Positions 48,195 to 57,777 of a stretch of 64,000 nucleotides of DNA are shown here, one piece after another. Location: NCBI GenBank assembly GCA_963770835.1, contig CAVYRH010000004.1, positions 672,001-736,000 on the forward strand, written 5' to 3'. The stretch's first letter is position 1. Every line of letters begins with the position of its first letter. Position numbers and translations under genes: made by a program. The notes beneath the pieces were generated by a model. That model worked only from the letters and a program-made list of their open reading frames with translations. It was not told where the DNA came from and ran no database searches. Origin of the DNA: an uncultured Pseudomonadota bacterium (GTDB taxonomy: Bacteria; Oederibacteriota; Muellerivitia; Muellerivitales; Muellerivitaceae).

Positions 48195-48525
48195 ATGCCC
48201 ATTTCTTGAAGACGAAAAAGACGGCCCCCACCATGAAGGCGAATCCCACTAGATAATTCCATTTAAGGTCTTCCTTCAGGAAAAAAACCGAGAAGAAACA
48301 AAAAACGATAAGGGTGATGACTTCCTGGATGGTCTTCAGCTGGGCGGTGGTGAACTCGTAACTGCCGATTCGGTTGGCGGGCACCTGGAAGCAATATTCG
48401 AAGAAGGCGATGCCCCAGCTCACCAGGATGGCGATCCAGAGGGGGCTGGTCTTGTATTTGAGGTGCCCGTACCAGGCGAAGGTCATGAAGGCATTGGAAA
48501 TGAACAACAATAGGATGGTGCGCAT
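48193..48525 (-). CDS. DMT/DUF486 family small membrane protein
   Basis: SNAFMTFAWYGHLK, SWGIAFFEYCFQVPANRIG. Confidence 0.88.
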   Translation of the reverse strand: MRTILLLFISNAFMTFAWYGHLKYKTSPLWIAILVSWGIAFFEYCFQVPANRIGSYEFTTAQLKTIQEVITLIVFCFFSVFFLKEDLKWNYLVGFAFMVGAVFFVFKKWA

Positions 48526-48685
48526 AGGGCGTACCCCTTTCTTAGGTATAAGCGGCGACCCAAATTAAACCGAGCCCCCCGCCAAAACAATGGGGTTCCT
48601 CTCATGTTCCCCGGGAATAACGCCTTGAAGCCCCTCCCGAAAGACCCTAAACTGTCGCTCCATTTCGCCAAGAAAGGAAAAACCC

Positions 48686-51600
48686 GTGGCCCGGCCGCTC
48701 TTTTTGGACGCCCTCAAGAAAAAAGTCCTCATCTTTGATGGGGCCATGGGCACCAATATCCAGGTTTATAACCTCACGAAAGAGGATTTCGGGGGCAAGG
48801 AGGGCCTGAACGACTACCTGGTCATCACCAAGCCCCAGGTCATCCGGGAGATCCACGAGGGGTTCCTCAAAGTGGGGGTCGACTGCCTGGAAACCAATAC
48901 CTTCGGCTCCAACCGCTTGAAACTGGAAGAGTACGGTATCGGCGACCAGATCGTGCAGGTCAACACCGCCGCCGTCAAGCTGGCGCGCGAATTGGCCGAT
49001 AAGTATTCCACCCCCGACCAACCCCGCTTCGTTGTCGGCTCCATGGGCCCCACGGGCATGCTTCCCGCCTCGGAAGACCCGGACCTGGGCAAGATCACCG
49101 TCGATGAATTGGAAGCCATTTATTATGAGCAGGCCTGCATCATGATCGACGCGGGCGTGGACGCGCTCCTGGTGGAAACCAGCCAGGACATCCTGGAAAT
49201 GCGCGCGGCGGTCTTCGGCTGCCACCGGGCGCGCACCGAGAAGAAATCACCCGTGGGGATCATGGCCCAGACCACGCTGGACACCACGGGCCGCATGCTG
49301 CTGGGCACGGACATCGGTTCGGTGCTTTCCACCTTCTCGCGCCTTCCCATCGACGTACTCGGCATGAACTGTTCCACCGGCCCCAAGGAAATGAAGGACT
49401 CGGTGCGGTACCTGGGCCAATACTCGGGCATCCCCATCTCCACGATCCCCAACGCGGGCCTTCCCGAAAACCGGGGCGGCCAGGCGGTTTATCCGCTGAA
49501 ACCGGAGGCCCTGGCGGCGGCGCTGAAGGAATTCGTCGAGGAGTTCGGCGTCAACGTGGTGGGGGGCTGCTGCGGCACCACCCATGAGCACCTGCGCCAA
49601 GTGGTCCAGGCCATCGGCCACCGGGCGCCCAAGAAGCGGGACGTGACCCACCTTTGCAACGTTTCCTCGATGATCAAGGCCGTGGACATGGACCAGGACC
49701 CCAAGCCGCTGATCGTGGGTGAGCGCGTCAATTCCCAAGGCTCCCGCAAGATCAAGCAGATGCTTTTGGCGGACGACTACGAGGGCATGGTGGCGGTCGG
49801 GCGGGGCCAGGCCGAGGGCGGGGCCCATGTGCTGGACGTCTGCGTTGCCTTGACCGAACGGCCCGACGAGAAGGACCAGATGAAGGCGGTCGTCAAAAAG
49901 CTGGCCCTGGGGGTGGATACGCCGGTCATGATCGACAGCACCGAGGCGGACGTCATTGAGGCGGCCCTGAAAATTTACCCGGGCCGGGCGATGGTGAATT
50001 CCATCAACCTGGAAGGGGACGGCTCCCGCGTGAAGCGGGTCTGCCCTTTGATCAAAAAATACGGCGCCACGGTCGTGGCCATGACCATCGACGACCTCTA
50101 TTACGACAAGTCCAAACCCGCGGAAAAGGGCATGGCGAAAACCGCCGCCCGGAAGCTGGAAGTGGCCAAGAAGATCACGGATATCTGCGTGAACGAATAC
50201 GGCATTCCCGCCGAGGACATCGTCTTCGACGCCCTCACCTTTACCCTGGCCACCGGCGAGGCGGAATTCCTGAACTCCGCCGTCGAGACCATGGAAGGCA
50301 TCAAGGCGATCAAGAAGGAAATCCCGGGCGTGCGCACCGTGTTGGGCTTGTCCAACGTGTCCTTCGGGCTTTCCAAGCAGGCGCGCGAAGTGCTCAATTC
50401 CGTCTTCCTTTACCATTGCGTGCACGCGGGGCTGGATATGGCCATCCTGAACCCGGCGGATATCAAGCCCTACGCTTCCATCGCCGGGGACGAGCGCAAG
50501 CTGGCCGACGATCTGGTCTTCAACCGCGACCCCCAGGCCCTGGCCCATTTCATCCAGCATTTCGCGGGCAAGGCCCCCGTGGAGGCCCAAGGCGCCGCCG
50601 ACCCGACGGAAGGCATGACCTTCGCCCAGAAGGTCCATTGGAAGATCGTCAACCGCAAGCCCGACAAGATCGAGGCGGACCTGGCCGAGGTGATGAAGGA
50701 AAAAACCGCCGTCGAGACCCTCAATACCGTCCTCCTTCCCGCCATGAAGGAAGTGGGGGACAAGTTCGGTTCCGGTGAATTGATATTGCCTTTCGTGCTG
50801 CAATCCGCCGAGGTCATGAAGCGGGCCGTGGCCTATGTGGAACAGTTCCTGGACAAGTCCACCGCCACCACCAAGGGCACGGTGGTGCTGGCCACCGTTT
50901 ACGGCGACGTGCACGACATCGGCAAGAACCTGGTGAGGACCATCCTTTCCAACAACGGCTACACGGTTTACGACCTGGGCAAGCAGGTGCCCGTTTCCAC
51001 CATCATCGCCAAGGCGCAGGAAGTGAAGGCCGACGCCATCGGCCTTTCGGCCCTCCTGGTGGTCACCAGCAAGCAGATGCCCATCTGCGTACAGGAACTG
51101 GAAAAGATGGGCCTCCAATATCCCGTGGTGGTTGGGGGCGCCGCCATCAACCGCCGCTATGGCTACCGCATCAGCTTCGTGGATGAGAAGCTTTACGAAC
51201 CCGGCGTTTATTACGCCAAGGATGCCTTCGAGGGGCTCGATATCCTGAACGCCCTGTCGGACCTAGCCAGTCGGGAAACCTTCCGGAACAAGGTGAAGGA
51301 AGAAGCCCTCAACTCCAAGGCCGTCGGGTTCGCCGACGCCAAGGTGGAAGAGGGGGAAGCCACGCCGGAAAAATACCCGCCCACGGTCAAACCGGCCCTG
51401 ACCATCCCGAAGAATCCCTTCGCGGGAACCTCCATTATCAACAAGGTGCCTTTAAGGGAAATCTGGCCCTATTTGGACCTGACCCAGCTTTACAAGCTCA
51501 ATTGGGGGGTCAAGGGCAAGGATTCGGAAGAGTATAAGCACCTCATCCAGACCCAGTTCGAGCCCATGCGCCTGAAGATGCAGGACGAGATTTTGGCCAA

Positions 51601-52159
51601 GAACTGGTTCGAGCCCAAGCTGGTTTATGGCTTCTGGTTGGCCAACTCGGAAGGCAACGACCTTATTATTTACGACGGCAACAACCCCAAGAAGGAACTG
51701 GAACGCTTCAAGTTCCCCCGCCAGCGCGTCGGTCGGCATTTGTGCCTGTCCGATTACTTCAAGCCGGTTGCCTCCGGCGAGAAGGACGTCGTGGCTTTCC
51801 AAGTCGTTACTATCGGCGATAAGGCCACGGAAATCATCGAGAAGTTGAACAAAGACGGAAAATACACCGATTCCTATTATTTACACGGTTTGGCCGTGCA
51901 GACCGCCGAAGCCATGGCGGAATGGATTCACCGCCGAATCCGCAAAGAATGGGACCTGCCCATCGGGCAAGGGAAGCGCTATTCGCCCGGCTATCCCGCC
52001 TGCCCCGAGCAATCGGACCAGGAAAAGTATTTCCGGCTCCTGGACGCCACCAAAGCCATCGGCATCACCCTCACGGAAGCCCACATGATGGTGCCCGAGC
52101 AGTCCACCAGCGCCATTGTCATCCACCACCCCGAATGCGAGTATTTCGCGGTGCGTTGA
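48686..52159 (+). CDS. metH: Cobalamin-dependent methionine synthase
   Basis: DGAMGT, GGCCGT, GERVN, GDVHDIGKN B12 motif, RYSPGYPACP, PEQSTSAIV. Confidence 0.96.
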   Translation: MARPLFLDALKKKVLIFDGAMGTNIQVYNLTKEDFGGKEGLNDYLVITKPQVIREIHEGFLKVGVDCLETNTFGSNRLKLEEYGIGDQIVQVNTAAVKLARELADKYSTPDQPRFVVGSMGPTGMLPASEDPDLGKITVDELEAIYYEQACIMIDAGVDALLVETSQDILEMRAAVFGCHRARTEKKSPVGIMAQTTLDTTGRMLLGTDIGSVLSTFSRLPIDVLGMNCSTGPKEMKDSVRYLGQYSGIPISTIPNAGLPENRGGQAVYPLKPEALAAALKEFVEEFGVNVVGGCCGTTHEHLRQVVQAIGHRAPKKRDVTHLCNVSSMIKAVDMDQDPKPLIVGERVNSQGSRKIKQMLLADDYEGMVAVGRGQAEGGAHVLDVCVALTERPDEKDQMKAVVKKLALGVDTPVMIDSTEADVIEAALKIYPGRAMVNSINLEGDGSRVKRVCPLIKKYGATVVAMTIDDLYYDKSKPAEKGMAKTAARKLEVAKKITDICVNEYGIPAEDIVFDALTFTLATGEAEFLNSAVETMEGIKAIKKEIPGVRTVLGLSNVSFGLSKQAREVLNSVFLYHCVHAGLDMAILNPADIKPYASIAGDERKLADDLVFNRDPQALAHFIQHFAGKAPVEAQGAADPTEGMTFAQKVHWKIVNRKPDKIEADLAEVMKEKTAVETLNTVLLPAMKEVGDKFGSGELILPFVLQSAEVMKRAVAYVEQFLDKSTATTKGTVVLATVYGDVHDIGKNLVRTILSNNGYTVYDLGKQVPVSTIIAKAQEVKADAIGLSALLVVTSKQMPICVQELEKMGLQYPVVVGGAAINRRYGYRISFVDEKLYEPGVYYAKDAFEGLDILNALSDLASRETFRNKVKEEALNSKAVGFADAKVEEGEATPEKYPPTVKPALTIPKNPFAGTSIINKVPLREIWPYLDLTQLYKLNWGVKGKDSEEYKHLIQTQFEPMRLKMQDEILAKNWFEPKLVYGFWLANSEGNDLIIYDGNNPKKELERFKFPRQRVGRHLCLSDYFKPVASGEKDVVAFQVVTIGDKATEIIEKLNKDGKYTDSYYLHGLAVQTAEAMAEWIHRRIRKEWDLPIGQGKRYSPGYPACPEQSDQEKYFRLLDATKAIGITLTEAHMMVPEQSTSAIVIHHPECEYFAVR

Positions 52160-52224
52160 AAAGCTCTTGACCGGAATATACCGAAAGGATATCTTTGTGA
52201 TATCTCTTTTGGGAGGTTTCCGCC

Positions 52225-52443
52225 ATGTCCAGCATGCTGATCAAAAATATTCCTGAGGAAATCAAGAAAAAGCTCAAGGAACAGGCCGAGCTTAACCACC
52301 GGTCCGTGAATAAACAGGTGGTGTCAATCCTGGAACAAGCGGTCGCTAAACCTGGAATCTCCGCTCTTCCCCCGCCGCTCAAATTGAAATTCCGCCCCAC
52401 GGACGCATGGCTGAACAAGGCCAAACGCTGGGGTCGTCTTTGA
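52225..52443 (+). CDS. Ribbon-helix-helix (Arc/FitA-like) antitoxin
   Basis: MLIKNIPEEIKKKLKEQAELNHRSVN; own promoter TTGACC-17-TATCTT at 52167-52195. Confidence 0.82.
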   Translation: MSSMLIKNIPEEIKKKLKEQAELNHRSVNKQVVSILEQAVAKPGISALPPPLKLKFRPTDAWLNKAKRWGRL

Positions 52444-52841
52444 TTATCGTCGACGCGAATATCCTGGTTTACCGGATTGTGGAAGGCCAAAAGACCCTGA
52501 TGGCTTTGGCGGTCCAAGAGATGGACCCGGATTGGAAAGTCTCCCCTCTTTGGAAATATGAATTTGGAAATGCCTTGGCTTTAATGATTCATCAAGGGCA
52601 TTTGACGGCCAAAGTGGCCGCTCAATTGTTGGAAACCGGCTTAAAGGCTTTTGAATCCTGTGAAGTACAGGCTGATCCTGATTTGGCGCTTTCCCTGTCG
52701 GTCGAAAAGAAAATAAGCTTTTATGACGCGCAATACTTGGCCCTTGCGAAGTCACTGGGAGTTCCACTGGTGACGGAAGACAAGGGGCTTCGCCGGGTAG
52801 GGACGGGAATGGCAGTCAGCATGGAAGAATTCCTGAATTAA
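52440..52841 (+). CDS. vapC: PIN-domain (VapC-type) toxin
   Basis: IIVDANIL, SFYDAQYLALA, LVTED; TTG start overlapping the antitoxin stop. Confidence 0.88.
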   Translation: MIIVDANILVYRIVEGQKTLMALAVQEMDPDWKVSPLWKYEFGNALALMIHQGHLTAKVAAQLLETGLKAFESCEVQADPDLALSLSVEKKISFYDAQYLALAKSLGVPLVTEDKGLRRVGTGMAVSMEEFLN

Positions 52842-52867
52842 TGAACCAAGGAACGAAGAATTTATAG

Positions 52868-52990
52868 CTTCTGGACGCCACCAAGGGCATCGGCATCACG
52901 CTGACGGAGGCCCACATGATGGTGCCAGAACAATCCACCAGCACCATCGTTATCCACCACCCCGAGTGCGAGTATTTTGCGGTAAGATAG
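52868..52990 (+). repeat. Copy 1 of the metH 3' end (last 40 codons plus stop)
   Basis: Aligns ungapped to 52037-52159; 38/40 aa identical. Confidence 0.95.
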
Positions 52991-53032
52991 GCCCCTGTAA
53001 GCCGGGTTTTTGTATTTTAAGGGGAGGAATTT

Positions 53033-55045
53033 ATGAAAAGTTCGCTTTGTTTATTGGGAAAAGTTTTTTCAACCTTGTTTTTCTTTCTGGCCGCCGTTCA
53101 TCCCGGTTTTGCCGACGATTCGGCCAACAGCCTCAATCCTGAAACCCAATACACTCTTCCCTCGGGCGCGAGCTTCAATGTCCCCAAGGGTTGGGATGTC
53201 CAAGCAAAAGGCGGAAGCTTCATTCTCCACGATCCCGAACACCTCGTGACACTTGTGCTCACTGAGAACGAGGAGATAAGCCCCCAGGACGCGCTTCAGA
53301 AAGCGTGGAAAAGTTATAATCCCGATTTCTCCTATGCTGTTGCCACGCATGAATTTCCCAAGAGGGATAAGTGGGACCAGGTTTGCCGGCAATGGTATTT
53401 CGTGCCGAGCGAGCAAGATCCCTATAAAGCCAATGACACCCGGGGGCTTTATGCGTTTGCGGGGAAAAAGGACGACCGTTGGTATGTAGCCTTGATGGAT
53501 TACGACAAAGTCTCCGCGGACAAACGCCAAGCCCAAGTTGAAGTCATCATCGGCAGTTTAAAAATTCCCGGCGCAAAACCCACGCCGACGCCCGCCCAAG
53601 ACGTTCAAATGGACGACAAGTTCTTCAAGACCTTCGAGGATTTCCTGGAACACGCCCGGAATGACTGTAAAGTGCCCGGGGCGGCGGTGGCCATTGTGAA
53701 GGACGGGAAGATCGTTTACGAGAAGGGTTTCGGGGTCTGTGAGAAGGGCAAAAAGGACCCAGTGACGACGAAAACCTTGTTTTCCATCTCCGGCATCACC
53801 GTGCCCCTGACGACACTTTTGATGGCCCGGCTGGTGGACGCGGGGAAAATGAGCTGGGACACCCCCGTCACCCAGCTTTTGCCCGGGTTTCAATTGGGCG
53901 ACCCGAAAACGACGTCGGAACTTACCTTGAAATACACGGTTTGCGCCTGCGCGGGGCTGGCCCGCCAGGACCCCGTACTGGTTTTCCCCACCGGTTACAG
54001 CAGCCCCGAAACGGTCATTGAAAAGATGCTCGCCATTATGCCTACCGCCGGATTCGGGGAAATTTTCCAATCGAGCAACATCCTGGTGGCGACCGGCGGT
54101 TTCGCCGCGGCCCACGCCCTCCATCCGGACCTGCCGCTGGGCCAAGCCTACGCCGCCGCCATGAAGGAATATGTTTTCGACCCCCTGGGAATGGCGGACA
54201 CCACCCTGGATTTCCAATCGGTCGCCGCCAAGGAGCATGGGACTCCCCATTGCTACGTCCGGGATTATGATTACGACACCGTACCCTTGGCTTATGACGA
54301 CTGGACCCTCCCCGTGGCCCCCGCGGTCGGCGCCTGGTCCAACGTCGAGGATATGTCCAAATACCTCCTGCTGGAACTCAACAAAGGCATAGGGCCGGAT
54401 GGAACCCGTGTTGTTTCCGAAGCCAACCTCCTAAAGCGCCGTGAGCCCCACGTGAAAATCAACGAGGATTCCGATTACGGCCTGGGATTGAAAGTTTCGA
54501 ACGACAAGGGAATCACGGTAGTGGGCCAGGGCGGAATTTCCACGGGTTACACTTCCGACATGGTTTTCATGCCGGACCGGAATATGGGGATGGTTTTGCT
54601 GACGAACGCCGACTACGCGGGATATTTCCGTGGCGCCGTTTACCAGAAGCTGATGGAGCTTATTTCCGGAAGGGAGGCCCACGCCCAAGAGAATCTTGAC
54701 TCTGAATTGAGCACCCGGAGGAAGCAAGGACAAATACTAGCGGATTGGGCGAACAGCCAGATGTCCCAGTCTTGGTTTTATGATTTCGTGGGGACTTACT
54801 TTAACGAAGACCTCGGTGCCGTCTCCCTCAAAATGACCAATGAGGGTGGAATTTTCGACGCAGGCAAATGGAAGACTCACGTGGCGGGTACTGCCGGGCG
54901 TAATGGGGAAACCAAGTTCTACCTTACGGATCCCCCCATCATCTGGTCGCAGTTTATTTTGAACGATCAGGACGGGCACAAGACCATGACCTACAAGACG
55001 TCCCAAAAGGACTATGTCTTCGAATGGGTTTCCAAAAACCAGTAA
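53033..55045 (+). CDS. Secreted serine hydrolase, beta-lactamase/AmpC-like family
   Basis: Signal peptide, VPGAAVAIVKDG, VF.PLGM; SxxK (ISGITV), YxN (SSN) and HxG (QGG) positions are degenerate. Confidence 0.8.
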   Translation: MKSSLCLLGKVFSTLFFFLAAVHPGFADDSANSLNPETQYTLPSGASFNVPKGWDVQAKGGSFILHDPEHLVTLVLTENEEISPQDALQKAWKSYNPDFSYAVATHEFPKRDKWDQVCRQWYFVPSEQDPYKANDTRGLYAFAGKKDDRWYVALMDYDKVSADKRQAQVEVIIGSLKIPGAKPTPTPAQDVQMDDKFFKTFEDFLEHARNDCKVPGAAVAIVKDGKIVYEKGFGVCEKGKKDPVTTKTLFSISGITVPLTTLLMARLVDAGKMSWDTPVTQLLPGFQLGDPKTTSELTLKYTVCACAGLARQDPVLVFPTGYSSPETVIEKMLAIMPTAGFGEIFQSSNILVATGGFAAAHALHPDLPLGQAYAAAMKEYVFDPLGMADTTLDFQSVAAKEHGTPHCYVRDYDYDTVPLAYDDWTLPVAPAVGAWSNVEDMSKYLLLELNKGIGPDGTRVVSEANLLKRREPHVKINEDSDYGLGLKVSNDKGITVVGQGGISTGYTSDMVFMPDRNMGMVLLTNADYAGYFRGAVYQKLMELISGREAHAQENLDSELSTRRKQGQILADWANSQMSQSWFYDFVGTYFNEDLGAVSLKMTNEGGIFDAGKWKTHVAGTAGRNGETKFYLTDPPIIWSQFILNDQDGHKTMTYKTSQKDYVFEWVSKNQ

Positions 55046-55069
55046 TTCGGGTCGAATCGGGTTTGATAA

Positions 55070-55150
55070 GCCTTCATAATATTGCCGGAATAATCCACCA
55101 GCGCCATTGTCATCCGCTACCCCGAAAGCGAGTATTTCGCGGCGAGGTAA
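55070..55150 (+). repeat. Copy 2 of the metH 3' end (degraded, internal stop)
   Basis: Reads AFIILPE*STSAIVIRYPESEYFAAR* against AHMMVPEQSTSAIVIHHPECEYFAVR*. Confidence 0.9.
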
Positions 55151-55174
55151 AAGCTTCAGGAAAAGGAGTTTTGC

Positions 55175-56017
55175 ATGAAGAAGATCGCTTTATCTTTTGC
55201 GCTCGTTTTTCTGGGAGTTTCCAGCGGTTATGCCGCCACCGATAAGGACACGGTCGATTTTTTAAACAAACTCAATGGCCATTACTATTGTTTGATGCGG
55301 GAAGGGCTCCTGGATTTCCAGGCGGGGATCAAGTGCTCTTTTTTTGATGATTATTTAAAACAATGCTCGGCGAAATACGGTCCCGATGATAAGAGGGTCC
55401 AGGAACTCAAAAAGATTAAATTTGTCCTTTCCTGTTCGGGGAAGAATGAGTTTTCCTTTGAGGCCGCTTACGCTGAACCAAGCGGCGACCCGGCTTTCGA
55501 CGAAATCGTTCAAAAAATGATTGGGGTCGTGAAGGGGGCTTTTCAGCAAAACATTTTCCCTTGGCGCTCGAATGTCTTGGAGCCCGTCTTCGGGGCGGAC
55601 GATTACGCGAAATTCGACCTGCAAGTGGAGAAAAAAGACGGCGGATTCGTCATCTATTCCACGGGGGACCAGCCCGTCAGCGAGTACGCCGATAACCAAT
55701 GGAGAATTTACGAAATTGAGGCGGGCGGCAAGGCGAACGTCCAATCCTGCAAGCTCAAATATATGGATACCTCCAAGGGGATGATCTTATCCGAAACCAC
55801 CTCTGAGCTGCCCCAAGTGTCCACCGAGATAAATGCAAAGATGGAGTACCGGTCGGTGGATGGGTTCATGATGCCCAAAAGAATGTTGGTGCACATGAAG
55901 AAAACCGGGGACTCCGGCACCACTAACCTCGATGTGATTTTTGAATTTGTGGATTATCGGATTGATAAAGGCCAGGCGGAAACGAAGCCAACCGATCAAA
56001 CCGAAACGGGATTTTAG
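55175..56017 (+). CDS. Hypothetical secreted protein
   Basis: AAGGAG RBS, signal peptide ending GYA. Confidence 0.75.
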   Translation: MKKIALSFALVFLGVSSGYAATDKDTVDFLNKLNGHYYCLMREGLLDFQAGIKCSFFDDYLKQCSAKYGPDDKRVQELKKIKFVLSCSGKNEFSFEAAYAEPSGDPAFDEIVQKMIGVVKGAFQQNIFPWRSNVLEPVFGADDYAKFDLQVEKKDGGFVIYSTGDQPVSEYADNQWRIYEIEAGGKANVQSCKLKYMDTSKGMILSETTSELPQVSTEINAKMEYRSVDGFMMPKRMLVHMKKTGDSGTTNLDVIFEFVDYRIDKGQAETKPTDQTETGF

Positions 56018-56036
56018 CGATAGCCTTGAGATTTTA

Positions 56037-56086
56037 GGCGCCATCGGCATTCACGAACTGAAAGCAAGTATTTTGCAGTGAGATAA
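56037..56086 (+). repeat. Copy 3 of the metH 3' end (short, 1-nt deletion)
   Basis: GCGCCATCGGCATTCAC...GAAAGCAAGTATTTTGCAGTGAGATAA, ending YFAVR*. Confidence 0.75.
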
Positions 56087-56091
56087 GAAGG

Positions 56092-57123
56092 TTGAAATTG
56101 AAAAGATATTTAATACTGGCTCTTATATCCTTGCTTTTCACTTCCGCAAACGCCCAATCCATCAATCCCGTTCATTTTGGATACATCAAGTGGGATAAGG
56201 ACAAGCCGATTGTCCGGTTGGAAATGAATCTTGCACCCTCTATTACGGAAAAAGATCCTGGGGATTTATACGAGCTATTTATAAAAATATTTTTGGAAAA
56301 AGATTTATCCAAACCGGTTTCCGGGATTTACAACTGGCCCAACGAGAAGGATAGGCGTAATCCCCGCACAAAGTTGAAAGAAACACAGCTAACCGAAAGC
56401 CAATTTAAAAGTTTGGCGACTGAGAAAATCGGGGATGTTTATACCCTGGTTAGCCCCGGAGGAATTTGGCAAGCCAAGGTAACGGGTGGAACGATAGCGA
56501 TCGATGAACAATTTGATGATTTGTTCCGGGTTTATTTGGATTTGGAAATCGATCATTTTAAGCCCCCCATTGAAACGGCGGGAAAATCGAGGGTTGAAAC
56601 TGTAGGATTCGTTGGAAGTCATACGGTGAGCAATTTAAAGAGTTATGAGCAAGTATCCCTTGGACAAGACCAACAAATGGGCATTGAAAAACTTTTACGG
56701 GCCAAAATAAAAAAAGGGTTTAATGATTATTATTTTAACTATTTTCGAAACGGCCCGGATTTGATGGTTGTGGCCGACAATGTTGCCGTGGATGGATCTG
56801 AAAAGAAATATGAAGGAGATTACGAAGAAGTTGCCAAGTTCCAATCGGCGGTCTATTTACTCAGGGATGGACAGCTTCTGGATATTTTTCCAGCCAAAGT
56901 GGCCCGTAATAATGAGGTCGATACGCCTTCTTCTTACAAAGCTTTGTATCGGTTTGAAGTTGATGGCGAGAAATATGAATGTATCGAGGAAGATGGGCAA
57001 TCTTGCTGTACCGGGGGACCTTTTTCGCAGTATCACGTTTTTAAATTTAACCCCAAAACGACTTCTTTTAAAGAGATCGGAGAAAGTCGGGATTATCCAC
57101 TTTGCATGGAGTTGTTTCTTTAA
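56092..57123 (+). CDS. Hypothetical secreted protein (AT-rich)
   Basis: TTG start, signal peptide ending ANA, 343 aa. Confidence 0.7.
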   Translation: MKLKRYLILALISLLFTSANAQSINPVHFGYIKWDKDKPIVRLEMNLAPSITEKDPGDLYELFIKIFLEKDLSKPVSGIYNWPNEKDRRNPRTKLKETQLTESQFKSLATEKIGDVYTLVSPGGIWQAKVTGGTIAIDEQFDDLFRVYLDLEIDHFKPPIETAGKSRVETVGFVGSHTVSNLKSYEQVSLGQDQQMGIEKLLRAKIKKGFNDYYFNYFRNGPDLMVVADNVAVDGSEKKYEGDYEEVAKFQSAVYLLRDGQLLDIFPAKVARNNEVDTPSSYKALYRFEVDGEKYECIEEDGQSCCTGGPFSQYHVFKFNPKTTSFKEIGESRDYPLCMELFL

Positions 57124-57209
57124 CCAATGCCCACATGATGGTGCCCGTACAATCCACCAGCGCCATCGTTATCCATAATCCGGATTGCGAATGCTTCGCG
57201 ATTAGATAA
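57120..57209 (+). repeat. Copy 4 of the metH 3' end
   Basis: Reads LTNAHMMVPVQSTSAIVIHNPDCECFAIR*. Confidence 0.92.
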
Positions 57210-57777
57210 TTTTCTGCCGACCTAAAATTTAGATGGCATGTATTTTTTATTAACATTAATTATTTTTTTCAAATTCGATTGAACAATTTTTTAATTCAAA
57301 CCAAGTTAAGGATGCTTTTTTTATTTCACCGAAAACAGACATGATTTCTCCACGTTGGGAAAATTTGAGTTTTGGACATGAACTTATATTCACATCAAAA
57401 TTTATCATAGGATAATTGAAGGTATTTCCGATTTCAGAGGCAACAACAGTAACCATTCCTTCTTTGAGAGCGGAGGAAACAGAATGAAGTCGGACCTTCC
57501 AAGCAATTTTAAAGTTTTTGTATTCTTCACTCATTTTTTCTTGTTGATACGGCGGTAATTTATTCAATTGTTTTGAAATTTCCGTTGGGGTTGGATCAGT
57601 ATGGTATGAATTTTTTTGATCGAGTTTACTTTTTTCAATCATGACAACAGGAGATTCGGGATTTGATGTTTTTGGTTTTTGATTAGTGGAAGGCGCAGAA
57701 TTGTAATTGTTTTGAATTATTACATTCGCATTATTTTGTTGGTTCGAAGAGCCGGGAGAATTTTCATTATTTAAATT

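Noticed and set aside
48526..48685. SAM or cobalamin riboswitch upstream of metH
   Set aside because: No conserved S-box or B12-box motifs recognisable by eye; an Rfam scan would be needed to exclude one fully.
49247..51118. 623-aa minus-strand ORF
   Set aside because: Antisense shadow of the GC-rich metH, with no recognisable motifs.
52037..57209. metH-tail repeats as a diversity-generating retroelement (TR/VR)
   Set aside because: Differences are not confined to adenines and are mostly synonymous third-position changes; no reverse transcriptase is present in the window.
52160..57209. Classical integron or CRISPR array
   Set aside because: The repeats are coding-derived, vary in length and lack attC R/L-box palindromy; spacers are whole genes; no intI or cas genes are seen.
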